A stretch of DNA of 64,000 bases, from NCBI RefSeq assembly GCF_009914755.1, contig NC_060932.1; one strand, given 5' to 3'. This stretch comes from the human T2T-CHM13v2.0 reference genome, Homo sapiens. Both the position numbers and the translations under genes were made by a program. Below, in pieces: positions 49,013-64,000 of the stretch. Below the pieces are notes generated by a model, which did not search any database, was not told the DNA's origin, and saw only the letters and a list, made by a program, of their open reading frames with translations. The first letter of the stretch is position 1, and every line of letters starts with the position of its first letter.

Positions 49013-50099
49013 AGCATTTCTGGTCCAATTGGTTTTGTGAACTGAGAGGCATGTTTGATTAACTTGAAAAGCAAAGTTGTTTCAAGAGAACAGCTAATCA
49101 TGTCAGTTACTACAAGTTTCGAACTTTGTTAAATTTGGGGAGTTTCTATTATTCTGGGAAATGACAGGAATGCAGGGAATTGAGGAAAAGCAGATGGCAG
49201 ATCTTCCAGAGCAAAGGCCTAAGCTCTTCAAATTGTGAAGGCAGATATGCCCGGTCCCGTGGACTGCTAGCATGATGGAGCAGCAAGAAGCCTGTTTGCA
49301 TCAGGGTTGGGAATGCTTCACGGAAGAAAATAGATATTGATGAATTGGTATGCCCAGCTCATTTTTTTTTTTTAAAAGCTACTAAGTTTTGAAGGAGGCA
49401 AAGGACCCTAAAAAATCCATCCTGTTTAAAATAGAGTCACACAGTCTGCATCAAAGAACACGTTGGGAAGCAGAGATCCAGATAAATTTTTAGCATAACA
49501 TTTTGTGTGACACACAGATGGACACAAGTGGCTTGGGGCAGTTAACACCTGTGGCCTTAGTGATGACAGGAGAATGACATATGCTCTCTCTGATGACTAC
49601 TTGGTGTCCCAGCTGTTCCAGAAGACACTAGTCACGGGGTCCAGTAGAAAACAAGGATATCTATAGGTTAAAACTACTTGAAGTTAGAAATAGAGAATGA
49701 ACCATTATGTCATCAAACACGTCACAAAATATGCTGTTTTGTTTTGTAATGAATACCTTTGGCAACAACCCACCCCCGACCCCACCACCACCAAAATAAA
49801 AGAGAAAATGCACATTTAGGAAAAATTTAGTAGTACACTTTGTTTCTCAAGAGAGTTGATGATGAACGTGTTAACTTGTTCAAAATATTTGATGACCTCT
49901 ACCATCCACCATGGGGGCTATAAGGACATCACTGACCACCTAAAAACCAGAGGAAGTATGTCTGATGAAGAAATACCAACAACTATTCCAAAAAGAAGCA
50001 GTTAATTTGAAAAAATTATGCTTGAAGACAAAGATGGAACAAGTGTAGCTGCAGAAGGTACATTTATTTATCACACTATGATGTATGACTTTTCATATA

Positions 50100-51360
50100 C
50101 AGTCATGAGTCACTTAACAACCAGGATACTTTCTGAGAAATGCATCATTAGGCAATTCCGTCATTGTATGAACATCATAAAGTGTACTTACACAAACCTA
50201 GATGGTACCTACTACACACCTAGGCTATATGGCATGGTACTGGTCCGTGGCCTGTCAGGTACCAGGCCGCACAGCAGTAGGTGAGCGGCAGGCAAGTGAG
50301 AGAAGCTTCATCTGTATTTACAGCCACTCCCCATCACTGGCATTATCCCCTGAGCTCGGCCTCCTGGCAGATCAGCAGCAGCATTAGATTTTCACAGAAG
50401 AACAAACCCTATCGTGAACTGCACATGCAAGGGGTCTAGATTGCCTATGGTCTTTAGGAGAATCTAATGCCTAATGATCTGAGGGAGAGCTGAGGCAGTG
50501 ATGCTAGCACTGGGGAGCAGTTGCGAATACAGATTAACATTAGCAGAGAGGTTTGACTGCACAGAGACCATAATAAATCAATTGCTTGCAGACTCATATC
50601 AAAACCTTATCAGTGAGTGGGCAAGTGACAATTAAGCTGCATCTGGCAGGCTTTTTAGTGGCAAGTGAGTTGATGTACTTCAATTTTAAAGCTGCATCTG
50701 GTGGCTTTAAAAGTATGTTTGAGACAGCTTCAAATCTCTATACATTCTGGATTAAAGTCAAGGTAGAGTATCCTGAGATTACCACAAAAACACTGAAAAG
50801 CCTGCTTCTATTTCCAATATCCTATCCTTGTGAAGCAGGGTTTTCTGCAGTCACAGCAACCAAAATGAGATTATGGAGTAGACTGGACATAAGCAACAAC
50901 ACACTTTGGGTGTCACTATCTCCCATCACCCCCAGATGAGACCATCTAGTTGCAGGAAAACAAGCTCAGGGTTCCCACTGATTCAACATTATGGTGAATT
51001 GTGTAATTATTTCATTATATGTTACAATGTAATAATAATATAAATAAAATGCATAATAAATGTAATGTGCTTGAATCATCCCCAAACCATCTTCCTGAAC
51101 CCTCAGTTGTGGAAAAATTGTCTTCCACGAAACCAGTCCCTGGTGCCAAAAAGGTTGGGAACCACTACTGTACAGCATGTTACTGTATGTACTTAATACT
51201 GTAGGCAATTGTAACACAATGATAACTATTTGTGTATCCAAACATATCTAACCATAGAGAAGGTAGAGTAAAAGACCCATACATATTATAATCTTATGGG
51301 ATTAGCATCATATTTGCAGTCTGTTGTTGACCAAAACATCATTAAGTGGCATGTAACTGT
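50100..51360 (+). mobile_element. Tigger3a, split by Charlie3 (50100-50235 and 51168-51360)
   Basis: Termini cagtcatg...catgtaactg flanked by TA; ttctgagaaatgcatcattagg and ctacacacctaggctatatgg motifs. Confidence 0.9.
50236..51167 (+). mobile_element. Charlie3/MER1 internal-deletion derivative
   Basis: MER1-type ends (ggccgcacagcag..., gtggaaaaattgtcttccacgaaaccagtccctggtgccaaaaaggttggg) plus hAT dimerisation-domain peptide FWIKVKVEYPEI...LLLFPISYPCEAGFS in ORF 50586-50939. Confidence 0.9.
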
Positions 51361-51468
51361 AATTGTTAATTTTACTCATTTTATGATTTCTTATAGAATT
51401 ATGTAATGATTGGGGTTTTTTTTAGATTGGACACACTGGAATAATACAATCTTATGTCCCTATTTTAA

Positions 51469-51811
<343 letters not shown>

Positions 51812-52218
51812 TAGGTCCTTTAGCAAAAGAAGAACTTTATAGAGAGTTAGATAATGCCAGTTTTATATCAAAGCTATCAGGTGCTAAAAGTAATAATCAC
51901 CTAAGCTAATTTTAATAATAATTTGATAATTTTTTCATCAATTTATAGAATCAATGTAGAGACTTAGAAGTTTATTTTTGTCTGATGTGGAACAATTGAG
52001 GTAATGAATGCTGCCGTGAATTCCATTAAGAAGGTCAAAGTTAAGGACACTTTTTGTACTGACAATTCAGAATACTATATTTTCATGAAACTCAGCAGCA
52101 TGATAAAAGTATGAAAATTTTAGAATTAGGAAACCAGTGAGCCAGAAACATACTTTAAATTACTCATAGTGTAAACATAATTCAGAATTGCACCTATATT
52201 ATATCTTATAGATATAAT

Positions 52219-52499
52219 TGTTCTTATATCTTTTTATGTGCTCAGGTAATGTCATCACCTGCACTCAAATACCAGGTGACTCTGATTTTCAAGCCCATGC
52301 ATGCATTTAATCACTAAGATACCCTCACTCTCCAGCTTAAGAGTTATCCTCTCCATTGTCCCATATTTGAGAAAGGCTACACCATTGAATATACAATCTG
52401 TTTTCTATTTTCTTTTCAGGAAGAATGCGAACTTAAAGAACAAAACTTGACCAAGGTTGAATATAAGAATGAGTTTCTGTAAAAGTAATTTAATGTTTA

Positions 52500-52507
<8 letters not shown>
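52219..52507 (+). repeat. Copy A of an approximately 290-bp local direct duplication
   Basis: Aligns end to end with 54547-54832 at roughly 85-90% identity by eye. Confidence 0.95.
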
Positions 52508-53284
<777 letters not shown>

Positions 53285-53289
53285 TAACA

Positions 53290-54545
53290 GTCTCACAATG
53301 ATACATTACAACGATAAATGTTATAAAAGAAAATTACAAGGGCCAAGAGAATATGTAACAGAAAAGCCTTCCTCAAGAAGTTTGATCTAACAACTGAAGA
53401 ATGGGTAGAAGATAAATAAGCCAAGTTTGTTGAGCATGTGTACTGTAGGGTGTGGTGCTTTCAAGAAATGGAAAGGTCAGAGTAAAAGCTATATAATGAG
53501 GAACGAGAAGAGCGGCATACTCTGATACCAACCAAAAAACCAGAGACCAGATCATGCAGGCTTTTTAGATTCTATTAACTTTTTAAAAAATCTTAAGTGC
53601 AGTGAGAAGTCATTTAATGGTTTGAAGCAGGAGGAGAAGTGTTGTAATCAAATTTAGCATTTTGGAGGATGATTCTAGCTTCACTGTGGAAAATGGATTA
53701 AAAGGGACAAAAGTGGTTACAAGTTACTAAAAGAGCTGACATAAGATGCTGTGGTATCATCTACTCTCAGAGATCCTAAAGTCACTTCGATAAATCCCAG
53801 GTCTTCTCACAGAAACCTCTTTTTCTTTAGCGTCTCCCATGTGAGTAGATAACCATCTAGTTCAGTCAGCCAAAACCTGAGAGTCGTCTCTCATCTTCCC
53901 TCTCCTTGCCTTACAATATTCAAGTCCTATCATTTCTGCCCCTAAGTAGTGTTTGAATTTGTACCCATCTTTACATCCTCACTGCCACCACTCTAGTACA
54001 GACTACTCTCATTTCTTGCCCAAGATATTGAAGTAGGCTTTTAACTGATTCCCCACATAGATTTTTGCCCCGTTATCCACACTGCAACCAGAGTGATCTT
54101 TTTAAAGCACACATTTTATTAAACTCTCTCTACTATACTTTACATTCCATACCTCCTCCCTTCACTCACACACACACATAAACACACAGACACATGCAGA
54201 CACACACACACACATTTATGACCCATAAGTGTCTTCCTACTGCCCAGACATACAGAATTGCAGCCTCACCCCTGCTCTGTGTCCTCCAGGAGCAGATGAT
54301 GGTCTACCTCCCCAGCTGTCATACCCTGTAAAGATCCCTCCCTCTCAAGCTCCATTTCAGAGGTTTTATGTTTCTTTGGGTGTGCTGGGCTCTGTCTCAT
54401 AATACCACTTTTGTGAATGCCAATTTCTTAGACTGTCTGTCTAGAATGTTTCTCCTGTGTCTAGCTAACTCTGATTCTCTTTTATGTCACAGATGAGAGA
54501 GTATTTCCTCAAGGAAGCATTTTCTAATACCTCAGTTCTTCTTTT
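53290..54545. mobile_element. L2 fragments in both orientations, (CA)n at 54166-54214
   Basis: tttgaagcaggaggag...tttggaggatgattctagct (minus) and atccacactgcaaccagagtgatctttttaaa (plus). Confidence 0.7.
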
Positions 54546-54546
54546 G

Positions 54547-54832
54547 TGTTCTTATATCTTCTTAGGTGCTCAGGTAGTGTTGTCACCTGCACTCAAATCC
54601 AGGTGACTCTGATTTCCAAGCCCATGCATTTAATCACTAAGATACCCCTACCCTCCAGCTTAAGAGTTTTCCTCGCCAATGTGCCATAGTTTGAGAAAGG
54701 CTACACCATTGAATATATAATTTGTTTTCTATTTTATTTTCAGGAAGAATGTGAGCTTGAAGAACAAAACTTGACCGAGGTTGAATATAAGAATGAATTT
54801 TCTGTAAAAGTAATTTAATATTTAATAGTTTT
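54547..54832 (+). repeat. Copy B of the approximately 290-bp local duplication
   Basis: Aligns with 52219-52507. Confidence 0.95.
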
Positions 54833-55426
54833 TGGTTATACCCCAAGTGGACACGTGATAAGTGAGAATCCATGATAAGAATTTTCGAAGTTGTGCTTAA
54901 AGAACATATACCAAGTGTATTAGTTAGCATGAGCACTGCCTGGGAACAGAGAAATGAATGAGCCTGTGACACTGGGAGAGTTCTCACAGCCGTTAACCTC
55001 CCTGGAAAATTTGCAAACACAGTAGGTGACTTTGCAAGTCATCTTAACAAGTAGAAGAATTAAGTAAGAAATCTTCTATTCTTAGAGAAAAGGGATGAGA
55101 TGTACCAAGGATGCTGCTTAGAGAGGTTTGCATTTTCACTATTTGTGCCACGGATAGATAAAAAGGGCTCCAGTCTCCAAGGCTGTCACTCCATCACCCT
55201 TCACAACACTAAATTCACTTAATTTTTTTTTCACTTTAACAGCTAAGGATGTTATCACTTATGCTGAGGTCACTGAGAGACTAATACTACTCTTGGAGAC
55301 ACTAATGAAAAGGTACAGTGGTGACATGAGTTAATTGCATAGTTACCACACAATTACCAATTAATGTTCTACTGATGTTAACAGAGAATGGAAGAGAGCT
55401 AGCTTATGTATACTGAGCACTGCATG

Positions 55427-55495
55427 GTATAATAATATAATATAATATAATATAATATAATATAATATAATATAATATAATATAATATAATATTA
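55427..55495. repeat. (TATAA)n pentanucleotide repeat
   Basis: Direct read. Confidence 0.97.
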
Positions 55496-55864
55496 GTATA
55501 ATGTAAAACAGTGCTTAGTAGTATACAACATTTTCCTGTACAGGTTTGCTCACATAAATAAAGAGGATCAAGAAAATGTATGTTTTCCCATATTTACCAT
55601 TCTAACACTGCTTAAAAATTAACCTAATAACAATGATCTTTCTTTCGACTCTTTCCCTCTTAATCATTCAGTTTCAAAAAACTGGCTGCTAGAATTTTTT
55701 TAAAAAATTTAATGTTCAGCTACAAAAATAGTTATTTTACTCCTGAACACAAGCTTCAATGTGACTTTATTTTACTATAAGTGGAACAGATTAGGTTGTG
55801 GACTCAGTTTCTGTAATAGAAAAAAAAATCTTTATGAAAATTGTATTAGATGAAAATAAATCTC

Positions 55865-56169
<305 letters not shown>

Positions 56170-56184
56170 TTAATTTTTAATATT

Positions 56185-56465
<281 letters not shown>

Positions 56466-57496
56466 GGTCTATAAATCAATAAATCTCTTTATCTAGTGTT
56501 TGATTAGTTCTTTACTTGCACATAATTTTGAGGATCTTGAATGTATTTTATTTTAACATTTTTACCAATTCCTGGAAAAGCAAAAAGACCTTCTTTTTTT
56601 TTTCTTTTTTTTACTTTTCTAATCAATTTTCTTGAGGTATAATTGAAATATGAGAGAATGAATTTAAGTGTATAGTTCAATGAAAATACGCTCATTTTAA
56701 AACATGGTTTATTTCGTGAGTCTCTGAAGGATTATTTCAGTAAAAGTAGGAATTGATTGCTTCTAGAAAATTATCCATAACATCTCTAAACTCACCTCTT
56801 GAGAAATTTTGCCCTGAATACCAAGCACGCCCATAACTTACCTATTAGCCACACAGATGTAAATCTAAGAGCAAACTTTGTGTTAAAACATTTTAATGTT
56901 AAACAGTTTTCAGTTATAACCTCCACACATTTACTGATAATGAGCCACAATGGACAACAGTAAGAAACTAGAATAAAATTCATAAATTCTTTGCTATTAT
57001 CCAGTCAAATATATACATTAAGTACAAGGCACTTGCAGATACTGGAGACACAGCAGTAAACAGAACAGACACAGCCACAGCCCCTATGATTTGTTTCTTT
57101 ATCCTTCCTAACATTTTGGTAATCTATTTAATACTGCATATTACAACAATTCCTGGTTATATTAACTAGAGTAAATTCTGTTTTCTGAATGCGGAACAAT
57201 GTGTTACAGCTACTAATGCTTTCTTTTCTAATTGCATGATCCCAAATTATTGTCCTTCCATGAATCTGCTATTGCTGCTGACTCAATGTAATGTCCACAC
57301 TGTAGAGTACGTATGGGACTATAGCCCATTTCCATTGATGGTAAAAACAATTTTCCAATTGTTTAGGAGCTGAATAGAGTCCCGATTGTGCAGAAAAATG
57401 GCCTCATCATGTGTGTCCTTAACAGCTTAATGCTCATAGTTATACAGGTTACAAAAGAATGTTAAGGTTAATACTTGCAAACATCAAGATTGGTTA

Positions 57497-57685
57497 GTTC
57501 AGTTTCTCAGAGTGTGGTCATTAGACCAGCAGCAGCAACATCACCCGCAAACTTCTTGGAAATGCAGATTCTTGTGTCTCACCTCAGACCTACTTAATTA
57601 GAAACAAAAAGTGGGCTCCCAATCTGTATTTTAATGAATGCTCCAGGTAATTCTGACACACAATTAGTTTGAGAATCTCTGGGTT
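57497..57685. mobile_element. MER5A (hAT MITE)
   Basis: tttctcagagtgtggtc...accagcagcagcaacatcacc...gaaatgcagattctt...agtttgagaatctctg. Confidence 0.85.
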
Positions 57686-57734
57686 GAATTACGCTCAGAT
57701 AACTAACATTTTAAGGCTTAAAACACAGAAGGTA

Positions 57735-58045
<311 letters not shown>

Positions 58046-58436
58046 ACCAAAGGTTTGTTTTTCATTTATGCAGGATATTTTTTGGTGTGTTATCTGGCTG
58101 CTCTCCTTTGTGATGTCCCTACTTTAGAATCCATGCTGAAGAAACGTTGCTGCCATAATTTTAGGGGAAAAAAGACATCTTGCAATTAGATGTTCTTGCC
58201 CAGAAAGGCACATGTCCTTCCACTTAGAACTTATTATCCATATCTGGTTATCCAGTCCCACCTGGTAAGGTAGGATCAGGAAATGCTATCTAACATTTTC
58301 CTGGAAGGAAGAAATCAGAAATAGTAAATAGTTTTTATGACCACCATAATGACTAAATCTTGTACTCAAATATTTGGCTCATTCTTTCATCTGTAGACAA
58401 AATACACTCACCCACTAATGAAGGCACATAAAACAG

Positions 58437-58750
<314 letters not shown>

Positions 58751-59069
58751 AACAGAAGTCCCAACCAACATGGCACTGAGCCCAAACTCCACATTTTTTG
58801 GGTGAAGCATTATATTATTTAAAGTTGGGATAATGTGTGATAGTCTTTATAACACCTTTGGATGTAGCACCTCCTAATTCAAATAACCATGGAAAAAGGG
58901 CAAGTTACTCTTCCCCTAATAATAAATGATGGAAAAGGACAGTTTATCCACTAAAGACATTCCCATGTAGAAAAGTGATGAATGGCCATCATGCAGCAGT
59001 CTCTGTTCTATAGCAATTCTAAAATCCTGCTGATCAGATTCTGCAAGGGTCTTCTACCCCCAGAACAGC

Positions 59070-61380
59070 ATGTTCATTCAGTTCCTCCAAGATGCAGATG
59101 CCCAAGATGGGAGTACACATGCAATTATTTTGTTATGAGAAACACTTGTGAGAAAAAAAATAGGGAAGGAGCCAGGGGAAGCTGGGAGAGACATCAAGGC
59201 ATGACGTAAACCTGACCCTAAGTGAAGGAGAGAGGACAGGACGGTGGGGTAGAAGAATCCTCAATGGCTACACAGTCAAAAGAAGGTCCAACAAGGCCAC
59301 CAGGGGTTTCTGGAGCCAAAGTCAGACGTTAGAGTAATCCCTTATCCCAAATGAGCCTGCCTTAGTAGAAATGGGACTGCGTTTGTGTCCCTGGTGCACT
59401 CAGTCACCACCATTGCGAAACTTGTGGGAAATGTGCCACTGGGGCAGGCTTGATGAGGGAGATCAAAGTGCAGCAGATCGGTTAGTGAAGCTCCCTGTCT
59501 TTGGAGGTCTGCAAGACATGTACTTACGGCCACCACAATCCACCCATTGTGTCATTTAGACATATTCACACAGGTTCAGGGAGCAGCTCCTCCACACTTC
59601 CTGGGGATCCCTCTTCCTGTTTGGAACCCAGAAGAGGGAGGTTAGTGAGATGAACAAAAGTCTCTGTTGTTGTGGTTGATCCTAGAGATAGCACTCATCC
59701 TCTTCTCCACCATTCATTCAAATTCCCCTCACTTTCAGCTACCATTTTGGCATTTACTTGTCTACAAGCACCCCTACCTTTTCCTGCTCATCAGAAATTG
59801 CTCAGTATGGTGATTCTTTTGTCTGCTGGCCCCTGGACACATGGAATCCAAAGTGCTCTGATAGCAGCTGGAATTTGTAGTTCAATGGCAACCTTGCTGT
59901 GTTCCCTTTAAGATCACATTCCTCTGAGGACTAGGGCTTTTAAAACTGCAGGGCCCAGAGTCTGTGGGAACCAGAAATACAGTGTTTCCAACTGTGTCAT
60001 TGAGAGCGATGGTTATAGAGGCCACTTTTGCTTCCATCTCTTAATTCCTGGATCCAGGTGTCTTTTCTCTTGTGGACACAGGCCATGTAGAGGTGTTTGA
60101 TTTAATAAATATACCCATCCTGAAAGATGGTGCCCTACCCTTTCAAGTGTTTTCTCCAATGTGGTACTTCAATTATACCTTTGTTTTTGTTTTTTCTTGT
60201 TTTTTTTGAGATGGAGTCTCGCTCTGTTGCACAGGCTGGAGTGCAGTAGCATGACCTTGGCTCACTGCAACCTCTGCTTCCCGGGTTCAAGTGATTCCTG
60301 TGCCTCACCCTGCCAAGTAGCTGGGATTACAGGCACTTGCCATCATGCCCAGTTAATTTTTGTATTTTTAGTAGAGATGGGATTTCACCATGTTGGCCAG
60401 CCTGGTCTCGAACTCCTGACCTCAAGTGATCTGCTTGCCTCAGTCTCCCAAAGTGCTGGGATTACAGGCATGAGCCACCGCACCCAGCCCCAGTTATACC
60501 CTTGGAAGGCTGATCTAGATTTCAGTGAAGTTGGTTGACTCTGAGTCATGCATAGACCCCATAGTCATGTAGATCCCATAGTAATGGTCCTGCTGTCTTA
60601 CCGCTGGTTACTGGGTTATGCTGGGAGATAACCCTAGTTATCAACTTGGCATGCAGGCCAGAAGGTGAGCAGCTTCTAAGGGGAGAGGGAGCCTTCTGTT
60701 CCCTTGAATGAGACAGGTTTCTGCAGCATCTTCTGGCACAGAGGAAATGCTAGCTCTGACTAGGGAAGAATGAATCACTTCTGTACCCCCAGAAGACCCA
60801 GGGAAGTTACAGAGACAACATTCTTATGGTCAGTTCATCTGGTTGGCTGTATACCATGATTCAGGATTTGAAATGTTCCTTACCAGGGCCCTAACTTTCA
60901 TATAGCAGACATGCTGTGGCTGAGCATTCAAATACCTCGGGAGTTCTGTTATTCTGACAACTAGGCCTTTGGTGTAAACTTAACTGTGTCTGCCCTTCCA
61001 CTCCAAGTATAAGGGCATTTTTGTAAACTGAGACAGAAACTCTCTGGCTTTCACAATTAGGTATTTACTGCTGGTTAACAGCCCTTACTCCCTCATTATT
61101 CTTCGGCAAGGTTAATATAATTTAACAGTAATCAATGAACTCAGCATTGCTGCCCTCATATTTTTCCAAATACATATTCTTTTCAAATGACACCAAATGA
61201 TATCATTATCATACCTTCCACAACATCCCCTGCCCTCACCCTCACTGGAACAATTTCTGAGGTCACCTCTGTTGAAATCTTTGGCAATTATTCTGCCACC
61301 TTGTGCCAGGGATGACCTGTACTCCACTTATCAACCAGGATGATGTCCTCTCTACCTGCCATGTGCTGGGTGAGCTATGT
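59070..61380 (-). mobile_element. LTR16 plus HERV16/ERV3-16A3-like internal sequence (ERVL)
   Basis: LTR16-type ggaaggagccaggggaagctgggagag...tgaaggagagagg (about 59070-59535) followed by gagcagctcctcc...ccctcttcc internal motifs. Confidence 0.65.
60180..60489 (-). mobile_element. AluS
   Basis: Antisense dimer; degenerate TSD ca[a/g]ttatacc. Confidence 0.95.
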
Positions 61381-62343
61381 TTACCTTTTACTTGTTAGAG
61401 TTAAGAAATATTTTAATCTTCCAGATACAATTTTCCTAAATTTCTTTACTCTTTTTCACTTATGTGTATAAATCAGCAAAATCATTTTTTCTCATAATAT
61501 CTTGCCAAACGTAGCCAACAGCAACAAACATTGTTACCGACATCTATTTTCAGAGCATGTTTCCTGGAGCTCAAGTTAAATAGGTATATAACCTGACTTC
61601 CAGGTTAATACAATCAACAGTCTACCAGATGCTTCACTGACACGTTTTATGGATTTCAGTTTTTGAAACCAGTTTTCTCACCACCTATGTATGCTCAGCC
61701 CTTTAACTATTGCTACATACTTAATAAGGTTATTATTTCTCTGTAATTAGCACCCCACTTCTGGTATGAATTTCTGTTTCAGTTAAATTCGGTTAGCTTA
61801 TATTACATTATCAAGCATATTCACAAATTTCAGTTTAAAAAACAAGGAATTTTTTTACTTACATAAATATCCCTAGTAGAGCAGCTGGAGACCTACTCCA
61901 TTCTGTGCCCACTTTTGTAGTCCAGGCTGATGGAGCATCCACTATCTGGATCAAATCCTTGCCACCACCATGGTGCCTAACTCTGCTGGGGCTCCACCCA
62001 GTCACCACTGAGGCAACCAAGTATAAATCGGACTTATTCCAGTTGATACAGGAGCAGTTCTGTCTCCTGAGATAACTACTGAAATTCTAATTCTTCCCAT
62101 CACTATTAGACCTGAGTAATATAGCTTATCCAAAGGCTCCATGAGCTAAACTCTGGGCATTGAGAACCTGGACAATAGGAAACAATGGTTAGAAGGGAAC
62201 TCACAGATAAATCCCTCCTCTTTCCTTCTCACCACTCTCTCCTGCATCTATCAGGATCCACTCAGGAGACTGAAATCCCAGCTGCAACTTTAACACACAC
62301 AAAAAAACTTAATGTAAAGACTTTTAATTAGATAAAAGGCAGT

Positions 62344-62735
62344 TGTATTAGTCTGTTTGATTTGCTATAACAAAATGCTGGGTGCCCTAAATAACAGAAA
62401 TTTACATTCTCACAGTTCTGGAGCCTGAAAGTCCAAGATCAAGGTTCCAGCTGGGTTTCCGGTGGTGGTTCTCCTCCTGGCTTGCAAATGGCTGTTTTCT
62501 CACTATCCCCTCACTCACGTGGTCTTTCGTCAGTGTGTACACACAAAAGAAGAGATGGGGAGCTCTCTGGTGTCTCTTTCTTACAATGCCACTAATCTTA
62601 TCAGATTAAAACCCACCCTTATGACCTCATTTACCCTTAATTATTTCCTTAGAGGCCACATCTCCAAATACAGTCATGCTAAGGGTTGAAGATTCATCAT
62701 ATGAATTTGGAGGTACATAGACATTCAGTCCATAA
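62344..62735 (-). mobile_element. MLT1A/MST-type solo LTR
   Basis: tgtattagtctgttt...ctcacagttctggagcctgaaagtccaagatcaagg...acattcagtccataa. Confidence 0.85.
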
Positions 62736-62899
62736 TATACCATAACTTTGATCAGATTTTCCAAGTGACCTAAATCTAAGAAAATTTAACAATCACTGAT
62801 TTGGAAATTAGAAAGTTACAGGGATGCCATGCCTAGAATGCACAGGTTTTCTTTAAGTTTTATTAATTAAGATATTAACAGGTTAAAAGATAGTAAAAT

Positions 62900-63860
62900 A
62901 TAAAAGATGAGACAGCCATTGGTTTTGCCTACATAATATCTATTCTCCTATACCTCCTTACTGTAGTAGACTTGGGAAAAAGTAACTATAAATTTCCCCC
63001 TTTCCTGTAAGTATTGTGAGTTTGCCATCCTCCCATCAGGAAGTAATATCTCTCTCTCTACTTGAACTTTGGATTAGCCATGTCATTGGCTGTAATCAAT
63101 GGGACATTAACATACATAATATTAAATGATGCTTAAAAAGTACTAGTGTATTGGAGCTTGTCTTCTCTTCCTTTTTTTAGGAATGCTGGGACTACCATGA
63201 GAAGTCATATCTTCCTGGATCAGGAATGGTCATATAGAGAAAGAGGAAGGCCCAGCAATCCCAGCTGAAATCTTAGACAAGAGTTTAAGGCTATTGCAAA
63301 TTATTCAGTCGAGCTGTCACAGAACCGCCCCACCAACCCAAATTGTGAGATATAATATTATCATTGTTTTAGGCAACTATATTCTGAGGTGGCTTGTTAA
63401 ACTGCAAAATTCAATGTATTAATACATATCAACAAAATCCCAAATGTATTTGGTTTGGCAGTCTGGTTACTGAAGATAACCTTCCTGCAATCTATGGCTA
63501 CAAATGGTATCCTCTTGATCCAGCTCTGGCCAATGACGCATACACATACGTTGCTAATTGGTGTCTGGTAGTGGAGCCATCTAAAGGGAGGCAATTCTTT
63601 TGGTTAGAATGATTCTTTGGCCCTTTGCTTTTCCTCCTCCTTCTTCCCTGGAATGCAGATAAAATAAAGGAAGCATATTTCAACCATGAGATAAAAGTCC
63701 CACTCTAAGAATGGTGGGACAGGAAAATAGAAAGCAATTGAGCCCTGATGGCAGTTTAGCTGCCCTACCAGGTCAGGACTACACAATCTCCAGACTTTTT
63801 GTTGTATGAGAAAAAAAATCTTTAATCCACTGGAATAAATGAATGCAAATACTAACTCAA
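62900..63860 (+). mobile_element. Nested old MLT1 LTR fragments
   Basis: tgaactttggattagccatgtcattggctgtaatcaatggga, ttgttttaggcaactatattctgaggtgg, cttccctggaatgcagat...caaccatgag. Confidence 0.6.
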
Positions 63861-64000
63861 CGTATTAAAGAAGGTGGAGTCACTGACGGTTCCTATTTTG
63901 CTGGCTTTGTCAACTGGATAATATTTCCATTAATCCAAAGAAAAGGCATATTTGGGGATAAGATAAATTTAGAAAATACTGAGTTTAAAGTGCCTATAAA

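Noticed and set aside
50586-50939. 117-aa hAT dimerisation-like ORF as a possible domesticated transposase
   Set aside because: It lies in an internally deleted Charlie3 copy, starts at a non-ATG codon and lacks the catalytic core.

Overview
This is AT-rich primate (most likely human) intronic or intergenic DNA, more than half of it transposon-derived. I recognise no intact protein-coding gene. The only identifiable host-gene sequence is a 5'-truncated processed pseudogene of pyruvate kinase M (apparently the PKM2 isoform) inserted inside an Alu at 42.2-43.1 kb. The 14.7-29.4 kb block is a nest: an old L1PB contains a near full-length L1PBa/L1PB1, which contains an AluS, an antisense L1PA with an RT deletion and a truncated ERV1 provirus (LTR, PBS-Pro, gag). 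A second nest at 49.7-53.3 kb is a hAT (Blackjack-like) transposase fossil interrupted by Tigger3 (itself containing Charlie3), an Alu and an MLT1 LTR (containing MADE1 and an Alu monomer). The best second-look signals are an approximately 50-55 bp target-site duplication around the PKM retrocopy, a minisatellite seeded by an L1 TSD, a 290-bp non-tandem templated duplication, a perfect 27-bp hairpin, a tail-to-tail inverted Alu pair and a cluster of splice-site-flanked micro-exon candidates on the minus strand at 11.0-12.8 kb. I found no convincing new biological system. Repeat subfamily names come from recalled consensus features, not a search, and boundaries of old repeats are approximate.
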